From a virus (lineage: Duplodnaviria; Caudoviricetes): a DNA stretch of 60,531 nt. A program made the translations under genes and the position numbers. The stretch covers positions 1-60,531 of IMG/VR virus record IMGVR_UViG_3300005294_000016; one strand, given 5' to 3'. How positions within the stretch are numbered: the stretch's first letter is position 1; each line of letters starts with the position of its first letter. Positions 17,164-23,886 of this stretch are shown piece by piece. Under the pieces are notes generated by a model. It was not told where the DNA came from and made no database searches. It saw only the letters and a list, made by a program, of their open reading frames with translations.

Positions 17164-18063
17164 CTACTGGAAAAGGTCGTCCACGGGATCACCCGTGGTC
17201 TGCCCCGGACATCCCGTCCCGTCCGCAGGGGACGTTCCCCCGCGATAGAACTTGCACCAACCGCACAACCGGGAAGGTTCCGCAGGAATCCGGGCATAAT
17301 TCTCCGGATGGTTCTGGACATCCAGCTCCAGAGCCTCGCGACCAATCCGGCGCACCCGCTTCACCGCCTCCCAGGCGGCATCCCGGTCATAGGGCCACGT
17401 CTTGACCCACATCTCCTTCAGGTTCCCGTCCCTCGGGAGCATCACGACCCCGACCCGTTTCACCGGCCTGCCAGCCCGGACGTTCCCGGCCCCGTACAGT
17501 TGGAACTGGGTTTCGTAGACCTGCCCGACGCCTTCCTTCTTCATCTTGCGGTAGTTGGCGCGTGACGGGTTCTTCAAGTCCAGGACCGTCTGTGACGGCC
17601 GGTGGTACAGGTCCGTGTGGCCCGGCAGCTCGTCGGAAGGCCACACTTCCAGCTCGGTCAGCCATCCGGCATCCCCGTGGACCTGCTGGTACGCCTTGAT
17701 CTTGCTCTCAAGCCAGGTGTGGATCGAAGTGCCGACCGTCGAAGGCCACACTTCGATGTTGTGGTTCACCTGCTCGGAACCGGCCAAGGTGTATGCGATC
17801 TTCCGTTCGCACGGATCCCCGGCTTCCGAACATCCGAGCATCACCTGCTGTGATCGTCCCTCAGACCGGGCACCCCACAGGATGATGTCGGTCAGGTCCT
17901 CCCGCAGCGCTATGTCCCCGAGGGTGTCGTCCATGCCAGGCACGGTCACGTCGTCCGGGGCGCACGTGATGTGGTACGGGAACTGCTCGTACGGGTACAC
18001 GACGGTCATCTTCTTGCCGCACACCCGGCACAGATGGCTGAACTCGGTCACGCCATCATCCAC
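17164..18063 (-). CDS. Cas4/RecB-like PD-(D/E)XK exonuclease
   Basis: SEAGDPCERK, GTSIH, GHTDL...VLDLK, QFQLYG, C-terminal CxWCxF. Confidence 0.88.
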   Translation of the reverse strand: MDDGVTEFSHLCRVCGKKMTVVYPYEQFPYHITCAPDDVTVPGMDDTLGDIALREDLTDIILWGARSEGRSQQVMLGCSEAGDPCERKIAYTLAGSEQVNHNIEVWPSTVGTSIHTWLESKIKAYQQVHGDAGWLTELEVWPSDELPGHTDLYHRPSQTVLDLKNPSRANYRKMKKEGVGQVYETQFQLYGAGNVRAGRPVKRVGVVMLPRDGNLKEMWVKTWPYDRDAAWEAVKRVRRIGREALELDVQNHPENYARIPAEPSRLCGWCKFYRGGTSPADGTGCPGQTTGDPVDDLFQ

Positions 18064-18209
18064 TTCGCCACCAGGAACAGGCAGAGGATCAGGGTCGTGG
18101 CATGTATACCGGCCTTGATGTGGGCTCCGGGTGCCGTCGACTTCAAGTGGCAGACCATGAACCCGAAACTTCCCGCAGCCATCAAGGCCCAGAACTGCTC
18201 ACCGAACAT
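18048..18209 (-). CDS. small membrane protein (53 aa)
   Basis: Translated by hand, MFGEQFWALMAAG...; two hydrophobic segments; RBS GAGGGG. Confidence 0.5.
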   Translation of the reverse strand: MFGEQFWALMAAGSFGFMVCHLKSTAPGAHIKAGIHATTLILCLFLVAKWMMA

Positions 18210-18280
18210 TCCGTTCCCCCTCTCGTGATCCAGACACTACCGGTCCGGTACGACATGGACCATGGTCGGCAAGTGTGACC

Positions 18281-18308
18281 TTGAATACAGATCACCGGAT
18301 GCTACAGT
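18281..18308 (+). promoter_or_regulatory. promoter for tRNA-Met
   Basis: TTGAAT-N16-TACAGT, 5 nt before the tRNA. Confidence 0.55.
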
Positions 18309-18313
18309 GGACC

Positions 18314-18387
18314 CGCAGGGTGGAGCAGTTCGGAAGCTCGGGAGACTCATAATCTTCAGGTCGTGGGTTCAAATCCCACCCCTGCGA
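18314..18387 (+). tRNA. tRNA-Met (CAT), fMet-like body without initiator determinants; CCA not encoded
   Basis: Full cloverleaf: CGCAGGG/CCCTGCG acceptor, loop CTCATAA, GGTTCAAATCC T arm. Confidence 0.9.
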
Positions 18388-18508
18388 CGAGAACGCACGG
18401 CATTCCCCCTGATCAGGGGAATGCTCGGGGCGCCCTGATCGAAGCCGTCGTGCCGGTACCGGGTAAATCCGGAGGGGGTCCACCAACTTCAAGCTCAGGG
18501 GAGTGGGC

Positions 18509-18697
18509 ATGGAAATCAACATCTGGCCGGACTTCGACGAACTTCCGGCTCAGGCTCAAGCAGACCTGGTCAAGTACTACAACATGTCGTTCGAGGAGCA
18601 GGCCGGGATGGCGTGGGTCGTCAAGGAACACGAGCGCCGGGTCCAGGAAGTCATGGAAGGCATGGCCGCAGCGCTGAAGGAACGGTTCCTGGCATGA
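18509..18697 (+). CDS. hypothetical protein
   Basis: RBS AGGGGAG; coupled to the next gene. Confidence 0.6.
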   Translation: MEINIWPDFDELPAQAQADLVKYYNMSFEEQAGMAWVVKEHERRVQEVMEGMAAALKERFLA

Positions 18698-18873
18698 GGA
18701 TCCGAACCTTTGAACTTCCGACGAGGGCCGAAGACCCGATCCGGTTCGTGATCGTCTTCGACCGCTTGGCACCCGCAGACGCTGACGAATTCATCGACAT
18801 CCTCAAAGATCTCAGTCGTTCCTGGGGAGCAGTGGACGCCCTCGTCTACGCGGACGAGGTGGAACTCGGATGA
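18694..18873 (+). CDS. hypothetical protein (59 aa, MRIRTFELP...)
   Basis: ATGA-coupled at both ends. Confidence 0.6.
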   Translation: MRIRTFELPTRAEDPIRFVIVFDRLAPADADEFIDILKDLSRSWGAVDALVYADEVELG

Positions 18874-19403
18874 TCCTCGCCGACGCCGACATCCTGCACT
18901 TCCGCAACCTCGGACACCTCGGCATCCACCCGTGGGATCCGGAGTCCGTGCAGCCCGCATCCTATGATCTTCACCTGGCCCCGTACGTGAAGAAGAAAGC
19001 CTACGACACCTGGGCCGAGAAGCTGATCTGGCAGCAGGAGAAGTTTGAAGAACTTCGAGACGGTGAGTTCTGGTACTTTCTCGAACCGGGCGAATTCGGA
19101 CTGTTCAACACCGTCGAGACCGTCGAACTGTCCGCCAGTGTCGCAGGCCAGGTCATGGGCAAGTCCACGCTCGCCCGTGAGGCCCTGGCCGTCGAGACCG
19201 CAGGATGGGTGGACCCCGGCTTCAGTGGTGAACTGACCTTGGAGTTGAAGAACCACGGCGAGTTCCCGATCATGTTGACGGCCGGGATGAGGATCGCCCA
19301 GATCGTGTTCATGCAGACCCGCAGTGCCGCCCTACGGCCGTACGGTTCCGAAGGGCTCGGATCCAAGTATCAGCACCAGACCGGACCTACGGAGCCCCGA
19401 TGA
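18870..19403 (+). CDS. dcd: dCTP deaminase
   Basis: VQPASYDL, GKSTLAR, AGWVDPGFSGELTLEL, RIAQIVF, KYQHQ. Confidence 0.93.
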   Translation: MILADADILHFRNLGHLGIHPWDPESVQPASYDLHLAPYVKKKAYDTWAEKLIWQQEKFEELRDGEFWYFLEPGEFGLFNTVETVELSASVAGQVMGKSTLAREALAVETAGWVDPGFSGELTLELKNHGEFPIMLTAGMRIAQIVFMQTRSAALRPYGSEGLGSKYQHQTGPTEPR

Positions 19404-19717
19404 ACAAGCCCTGTACCCCGATCCCATGCCCCGGATGGGAGGAGGTCAGGATCTCCGACGTGCAGCCGATCGGCTGGTACGGCGTGGATCTCAAGTACCT
19501 TCAAGGGACCTACGAGTTCCTGGGCAGGGAACACGAGCAGCAGGTCAAGGACCTCGTGGACACCATCCACGCCCAGGCCCAGGACATTCGGGAACGGTGG
19601 GGATACACTGACGACACGATCATCCGCGTGAAGCTTCCGGACGACTCGAACGTGGCGCACCTGTTCAACCAGGTGAAGGAGGCCACCGATGATCGGATCG
19701 AGTATGTCGGGCGGTGA
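19400..19717 (+). CDS. hypothetical protein
   Basis: ATGA-coupled; followed by a terminator. Confidence 0.7.
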   Translation: MNKPCTPIPCPGWEEVRISDVQPIGWYGVDLKYLQGTYEFLGREHEQQVKDLVDTIHAQAQDIRERWGYTDDTIIRVKLPDDSNVAHLFNQVKEATDDRIEYVGR

Positions 19718-19722
19718 GTGAC

Positions 19723-19762
19723 ACACTGAAGCCCCAGGGCGCGAACCCTGGGGCTTCAGTGT
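19723..19762. terminator. bidirectional terminator
   Basis: ACACTGAAGCCCCAGGG/CCCTGGGGCTTCAGTGT 17-bp stem between convergent operons. Confidence 0.8.
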
Positions 19763-19771
19763 TTCCTAAGG

Positions 19772-20206
19772 TCAGACCGCATCCCAGAACTTGACGGTCT
19801 TCTCGCGCTCCACCACCTGCGTCAAGTCCCCGGTCCAGTGGGTTCCGTCGTGCGAGTAGTAGGTGCCGGTTTTGCGGAAGGTCTGGTCACCGACCTTGAA
19901 CACGCACTGGACCCCGGAGGACAGTTCGAACTGTCCCGCAGTCTTCACGTGCGTGATCGGCAGGTTGCCCAGTGCCGGAACCCGGACCGTTCCGGTCTCC
20001 AGGTATTCGGTCAGCTCGGGCCAGCCGTCCACCTCAACGTTGCAGGGCGAGGTGTCCGGGTTCCACTTGGACACGTTCTCCAGGAACGAGAACGACTGTC
20101 CGTACTCGAACAGTGCCTCCAGGGCCTGCTCAACATGCTGGGCCGTGAACGGTGGCTGGAACATGTACTGCTCGATCGCTTCCTCAAGCGTTTCGGCGTC
20201 CATCAC
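19772..20206 (-). CDS. hypothetical protein, paralog family copy 3
   Basis: C-terminal FRKTGTYYSHDGTHWTGDL..V....KTV. Confidence 0.8.
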   Translation of the reverse strand: MMDAETLEEAIEQYMFQPPFTAQHVEQALEALFEYGQSFSFLENVSKWNPDTSPCNVEVDGWPELTEYLETGTVRVPALGNLPITHVKTAGQFELSSGVQCVFKVGDQTFRKTGTYYSHDGTHWTGDLTQVVEREKTVKFWDAV

Positions 20207-20613
20207 TTCACCTCCTCGTACACGGTAGCGATGACCTTCTTGCGCTGGACCTGCTTGAAGTCCCCGTCGTAGTTCGACTCCCCGAATGAGGAGTAGAACC
20301 CGTCCTTGCGGAAGTAGGCAGTCCGTACTCGGTCACGGCCGTGGCTGTTGTCGATCCATGTGACGGTCAGGACAACCCACATCTGTTCGCCGTCACCTTC
20401 GGACCCGCCGTACGAGTCCTCGATGCGCAGGTTGCCGATGCCCGGCAGCGTGAAGGACTTGCTGCGGGAGCACTCGTCCAGCTCGAACCACGAGGACGGA
20501 AAGTCCCCGTACTGGTGGCCCTCGTCGCTGAACTCGTCGGTCTTCCGGTATTCGCCGTTGGCCTCGAACCAGGCGTCGATGGCCTGCTCGACCTGCTCTG
20601 CGGTGTACTTCAT
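20203..20613 (-). CDS. hypothetical protein, paralog family copy 2
   Basis: FRKDGFYSSFGESNYDGDF..V...KVI. Confidence 0.8.
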   Translation of the reverse strand: MKYTAEQVEQAIDAWFEANGEYRKTDEFSDEGHQYGDFPSSWFELDECSRSKSFTLPGIGNLRIEDSYGGSEGDGEQMWVVLTVTWIDNSHGRDRVRTAYFRKDGFYSSFGESNYDGDFKQVQRKKVIATVYEEVK

Positions 20614-20721
20614 CTTCGTGGTCCTCTCAGTGTGCGGTGATCTGGCCGGTCAGATAGTGCACGAACACCTGCTTGTCCATGCCGAACGTGTAGAACTTGG
20701 CCTTCGCGACCTCAGTGGACG

Positions 20722-21084
20722 TCACTTCCAGATCTCCTTCACGGTCTTGCTGGCCGTCACCTTCTTCAGGCCGTCGTTCCAGAAGTAGTTGCGGGCGTAC
20801 GAGTCGGTATAGCCGTCCTTGCGGTACAGGACGCCGTCGACGAGCAGGATCAGGAACGTCGGCGGTTCGGTGCCCTGGAATCCGTAGCCGTCGTCGTTGT
20901 TGAAGTCGCTCGGGTCCTGCTTTGCGACGACCACCACATCCCCGAGGTTCGGGACGTTCACGGTATAGCCGTATGCGTGACTGAACAGGCTGTCCCAGGG
21001 CCTGCGGTTCCATGCGTTCAGGGCCGTGATGATCCGGTTGTTCTCCGGCATGTCCTGGCCGCAGGCGGGGCACTTGTCACTCAT
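20722..21084 (-). CDS. hypothetical protein, paralog family copy 1
   Basis: YRKDGYTDSY...WNDGL..V...KTV. Confidence 0.75.
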   Translation of the reverse strand: MSDKCPACGQDMPENNRIITALNAWNRRPWDSLFSHAYGYTVNVPNLGDVVVVAKQDPSDFNNDDGYGFQGTEPPTFLILLVDGVLYRKDGYTDSYARNYFWNDGLKKVTASKTVKEIWK

Positions 21085-21826
21085 TGGTCTTCTCCTCCTT
21101 GACGAACTGCCACACGGCCTTGTTCTCGGGGAACCGGAGCTTCATGTCCTGGAAGGCGTTCGGGAACCTGACCTTCAAGTTCCCGGCGATCGTGTTCGCG
21201 ACATGCCGGATCTCGGCGTCGGCGTGGATCGACGACCGCTTGGTGATGAACTCCCGCCACGCCCGGAAGTTCCCGGTCACGAACAGCCGCGTCTCCGTCA
21301 TGCCGGGAAGCACCGAACGTGCCGCCTCCCGACATTCCTTCACCGTCAGGCCCTCGTCTTTCAGGAACTTCTCCAGCCGCCGGTACTCATCACGGGACTC
21401 ATCGAACCCCGCATCCCATGCGGGACCGATGTCACCCTCGACGTGCTGGGCGATCGTCGGATGCATCACGTAGTTCAGCTTCTCGACCGGCACGAACCGT
21501 TGCGACAGCTCCGAGTACGAGAAGTGCCGGTGCCGGATCATCTCGTGGCTGAAGTTGCGTGACACGCCCCGGATCCAGAACGTCGCCTGGGAATGCTCCA
21601 GGACCGAGAAGTGCTTGTGGTCCAGGATGTTGGCGATGTATCCGGCGTTCGTGGCCGTTGCCGGGTTCGGCTTGGACCACGACTCGTAGCAAGCCCTCCC
21701 AGCCGCCTCAATTAGGGCTTCGGCACCCGTGGCGTCCGTGGACCAGCCGGTGGCCTCCTCGATGACCCGTGGGTCGAACTCGGTCCAGGCCACCAGATCG
21801 ACCTTCATGGCGTATTCGACGATCAC
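21077..21826 (-). CDS. thyX: FAD-dependent thymidylate synthase
   Basis: AGRACY, HFSVLEH, RHRHFSYSELSQR signature, EAARSVLP, TGNFRAW. Confidence 0.96.
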   Translation of the reverse strand: MIVEYAMKVDLVAWTEFDPRVIEEATGWSTDATGAEALIEAAGRACYESWSKPNPATATNAGYIANILDHKHFSVLEHSQATFWIRGVSRNFSHEMIRHRHFSYSELSQRFVPVEKLNYVMHPTIAQHVEGDIGPAWDAGFDESRDEYRRLEKFLKDEGLTVKECREAARSVLPGMTETRLFVTGNFRAWREFITKRSSIHADAEIRHVANTIAGNLKVRFPNAFQDMKLRFPENKAVWQFVKEEKTNE

Positions 21827-22056
21827 TCGCACTCCTCGTTCAGTTCGAAACTGATCTTGCATGTGGCCGCAGGGAACTTCTTGTTGTACCGGTGGGCCAG
21901 GATCATCATGAAGTTCCTGGTCTGGGACTCGTTCAGGTATGCCGAAGGCCAGTCATCGTCGCCGCCCCAGGTGATATCGAAGGCCACCCCGTACACTTCC
22001 TCGAACACCCGGACCTTGACGCCGTCCGTCTCCGTATCTATCTCGTACGGTCCCAT
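21823..22056 (-). CDS. hypothetical protein
   Basis: Coupled 77-aa ORF MGPYEIDT... Confidence 0.6.
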   Translation of the reverse strand: MGPYEIDTETDGVKVRVFEEVYGVAFDITWGGDDDWPSAYLNESQTRNFMMILAHRYNKKFPAATCKISFELNEECE

Positions 22057-22898
22057 CACTTCTCCAGGGGCTTCAGCAGGCCACGATTCTCTCGATGGCT
22101 GCGCATGTACCAGGCTTCCCCATGGCAGTCCAGGGGCATGTGCTTGAACACGTCGAAGTTGTCGATGATGAACCTCGACGACACGCCCTTCGTCAGGGAT
22201 GTGATCGTCTTCTTCAGGGCCAGGAAGTACGCCCTGGCCGGGGAGAACCGGTAGTCCGAAGGGATCATCCAGCGCTCCAGGGCCGTCGCGTAGATCTCCT
22301 CCCGGAACATTTTGATCTGGTCGGCCCAGGAGAGCGCCCAGACCTTCTTCATGTCCATGGCGACGTCCTGGCCGTCCTTCAGGACCTCCATCCACAGGGG
22401 TCGGTCGTAGTGGGCAACGGTGTCGTGGATGCTGTCGTGGTCGTAGATCCGGACCACGGCGTCGGTGAAGAATGCCCCCGACTCCTGGTTCAGGTTGACC
22501 TTCTTCTTCCCGTGCACATCGGACCAGATCGGGTACAGCAGCTCCCACATTTCGGGGATCAGCTTGGCGCCCCTGGACTTCAGCCACAGGACGTCCCACA
22601 TGTGCTTGTTCCAGGTGCCGTTGGGCAGTTCCCAGGAACTGTGGGAGACCTTCATGGTGTAAAGCTCGTCCGGGAACGCATAGGCCATGTTGCCCCGGTC
22701 CTGGTTGTAGAGGTTCGCCCACTCGGGGATGATCTTGTTGAGCCGGTCGTCCCAGAACACGTCGATCTTGCGGTCCGGGAACATGGCCTGAAGGTCATCC
22801 CGCGTGTCGGGAGACCAAAGGTCCAGGTCCTTGGACTCGCGCGGGAACTCCGAGAACCAGTTCCGGATCGCCGTCGATCCGATGATCAAGCCTCTCAC
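22056..22898 (-). CDS. putative Pol-beta-superfamily nucleotidyltransferase (conserved phage protein)
   Basis: N-terminal IIGSTA...KDLDL (hGS-x-DhD); LYTMKVSH, YDHDSIH, REEIYATALER motifs; RBS GGAGAGAGGAG. Confidence 0.7.
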   Translation of the reverse strand: MRGLIIGSTAIRNWFSEFPRESKDLDLWSPDTRDDLQAMFPDRKIDVFWDDRLNKIIPEWANLYNQDRGNMAYAFPDELYTMKVSHSSWELPNGTWNKHMWDVLWLKSRGAKLIPEMWELLYPIWSDVHGKKKVNLNQESGAFFTDAVVRIYDHDSIHDTVAHYDRPLWMEVLKDGQDVAMDMKKVWALSWADQIKMFREEIYATALERWMIPSDYRFSPARAYFLALKKTITSLTKGVSSRFIIDNFDVFKHMPLDCHGEAWYMRSHRENRGLLKPLEK

Positions 22899-22923
22899 TC
22901 GCACTCCTCTCTCCTTGAATGCG

Positions 22924-23010
22924 TGGACATGGCGGGGATCGAACCCGCGACCCCTCCTCCGGCCAGGGACCGGTCCACCGGGGAGTGCTCTACCGCTGAG
23001 CTACATGTCC
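22924..23010 (-). ncRNA. tRNA-like RNA with a ~15-nt expanded anticodon arm
   Basis: Perfect acceptor GGACATG/CATGTCC and canonical D and T arms; the anticodon region holds an extra CCGGTC/GGCCGG hairpin and no U33. Confidence 0.75.
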
Positions 23011-23014
23011 AGCC

Positions 23015-23109
23015 CCCAGGGTTCGTTGACCAGCCGTCGCTGGCACATGGAACCCTGGGTCTCTCGGTGCTTAGCCCTCCGATGCCGTCGCATCTTTGAA
23101 CCGGCCGAG
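23015..23109 (-). ncRNA. structured spacer RNA with two C(GACG)G-capped hairpins
   Basis: CCCAGGGTTC/GAACCCTGGG, CCAGC/GCTGG, GATGC/GCATC and CTCGG/CCGAG stems. Confidence 0.45.
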
Positions 23110-23113
23110 CCCG

Positions 23114-23186
23114 TCCTCCCAACGGGATTCGAACCCGTGCTACCCGATTGAAAGCCGGGCGTCCTGGACCACTAGACGATGGGAAG
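23114..23186 (-). tRNA. tRNA-Glu (TTC); CCA not encoded
   Basis: Cloverleaf with GTCTAGTGGTCCAGGAC D arm, loop CTTTCAA, GGTTCGAATCC T arm. Confidence 0.9.
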
Positions 23187-23189
23187 TTG

Positions 23190-23228
23190 TGGTGGCCTTC
23201 GACCCACACGGGCCACCAGCGTGTGTCG
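23190..23228 (-). ncRNA. H-type pseudoknot
   Basis: ACACG/CGTGT interleaved with TGGTGGCC/GGCCACCA. Confidence 0.5.
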
Positions 23229-23261
23229 TCCCCGGATGTTCACGTCATCCGGTGGGGTCTT

Positions 23262-23331
23262 GCGGTGTTGCCGGGCACAGGAACCGCCAGTCCTGCTGGA
23301 CCGTCGCGGCGACAGCAACCGCGACGTGCCC
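23262..23331 (-). ncRNA. three-way-junction RNA with two potential loop-tail pseudoknots
   Basis: GGGCAC/GTGCCC and GTCGCGG/CCGCGAC stems; 3' tail GGCAAC and ACCGC complementary to internal GTTGCT and GCGGT. Confidence 0.5.
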
Positions 23332-23349
23332 TGTAAAGCTTGTGTTTCG

Positions 23350-23424
23350 AGGGGTCGAAGAGACTCGAACTCTCATTCCCGTATTGGCAGTACGGGCGCA
23401 CTATTCCATTTGTGCTACCACCCC
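23350..23424 (-). tRNA. tRNA-Gly (GCC); CCA not encoded
   Basis: Cloverleaf, loop CTGCCAA, discriminator U; one acceptor mismatch, 6-bp anticodon stem. Confidence 0.82.
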
Positions 23425-23427
23425 AGT

Positions 23428-23544
23428 GAAGGCGAGTCTTCCAGAGGGATAGGTTTCTGGGTTCTGGCAGACTGGAACTCCCACTTTCCCCACCTTTTAA
23501 GCGCGCGCTCCCTGATCTGGTCACCCAGGTACTTACTCGCCTTC
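23428..23544 (-). ncRNA. unknown structured RNA closed by a 10-bp stem
   Basis: GAAGGCGAGT/ACTCGCCTTC ends fill the space between two tRNAs; internal CTGG-GTGA-CCAG GNRA hairpin. Confidence 0.55.
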
Positions 23545-23545
23545 G

Positions 23546-23617
23546 CGGTCACACCAGGAGTTGAACCTGGGCGCACCGGGTTTCAACCGGTAGCTCTACC
23601 CTCTGAGCTATGTGACC
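23546..23617 (-). tRNA. tRNA-Phe (GAA); CCA not encoded
   Basis: GGTCACA/TGTGACC acceptor, ACCGG-TTGAAAC-CCGGT anticodon arm, GGTTCAACTCC T arm. Confidence 0.88.
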
Positions 23618-23620
23618 TGG

Positions 23621-23669
23621 TGCCAGCGGGAGGTTCGGCGCTTGATAGGCCCCGCCTTTTCCGTTGGCA
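23621..23669 (-). ncRNA. long imperfect hairpin
   Basis: TGCCAACGG/CCGCTGGCA outer stem with inner pairing. Confidence 0.4.
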
Positions 23670-23671
23670 GT

Positions 23672-23770
23672 GAACGTCAGGGCGCACTTACCGCCTGTGC
23701 TACATGGACCCCGTGACCCGGAGGTCGCGGTTCCCATGCCGGGAGTTGAACCCGGTCCTCCCTGACGTTC
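23672..23770 (-). ncRNA. circularly permuted tRNA-like RNA (YrlA-like topology)
   Basis: Order: 11-bp terminal stem strand, T arm, acceptor 3' strand, UNCG-capped hairpin, acceptor 5' strand, D arm, terminal stem strand. Confidence 0.75.
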
Positions 23771-23772
23771 GC

Positions 23773-23837
23773 GTGGCCCCCTGGAGTCGAACCAGAGATC
23801 TCGGTTTCACCCGTGTGTTGCCGTTACACCAGACCAC
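23773..23837 (-). ncRNA. miniature tRNA-like RNA (65 nt) with a shortened anticodon arm
   Basis: GTGGTC/GGCCAC acceptor, GTGT/ACAC D stem, CGG-GTGAAA-CCG, GGTTCGACTCC T arm. Confidence 0.65.
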
Positions 23838-23886
23838 TAGCACCGGTAGCGATCCGATGCCCAGAACCTCAGGCGCCCCCTCGGTT

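Noticed and set aside
23262-23331. HDV-like/theta ribozyme downstream of tRNA-Gly
   Set aside because: P1-GG-CAAC-P2 order is suggestive, but there is no room for P3/L3 and it does not abut the tRNA 3' end
23428-23544. Resemblance to RNase P RNA conserved regions (GGAAAGT..., CAGAACCC)
   Set aside because: The P4 pairing cannot be formed and the RNA is far too short; kept only as an unknown structured RNA
23672-23770. Two-piece (permuted) tmRNA
   Set aside because: It has a full D stem, no G3-U70 alanine determinant and no tag reading frame
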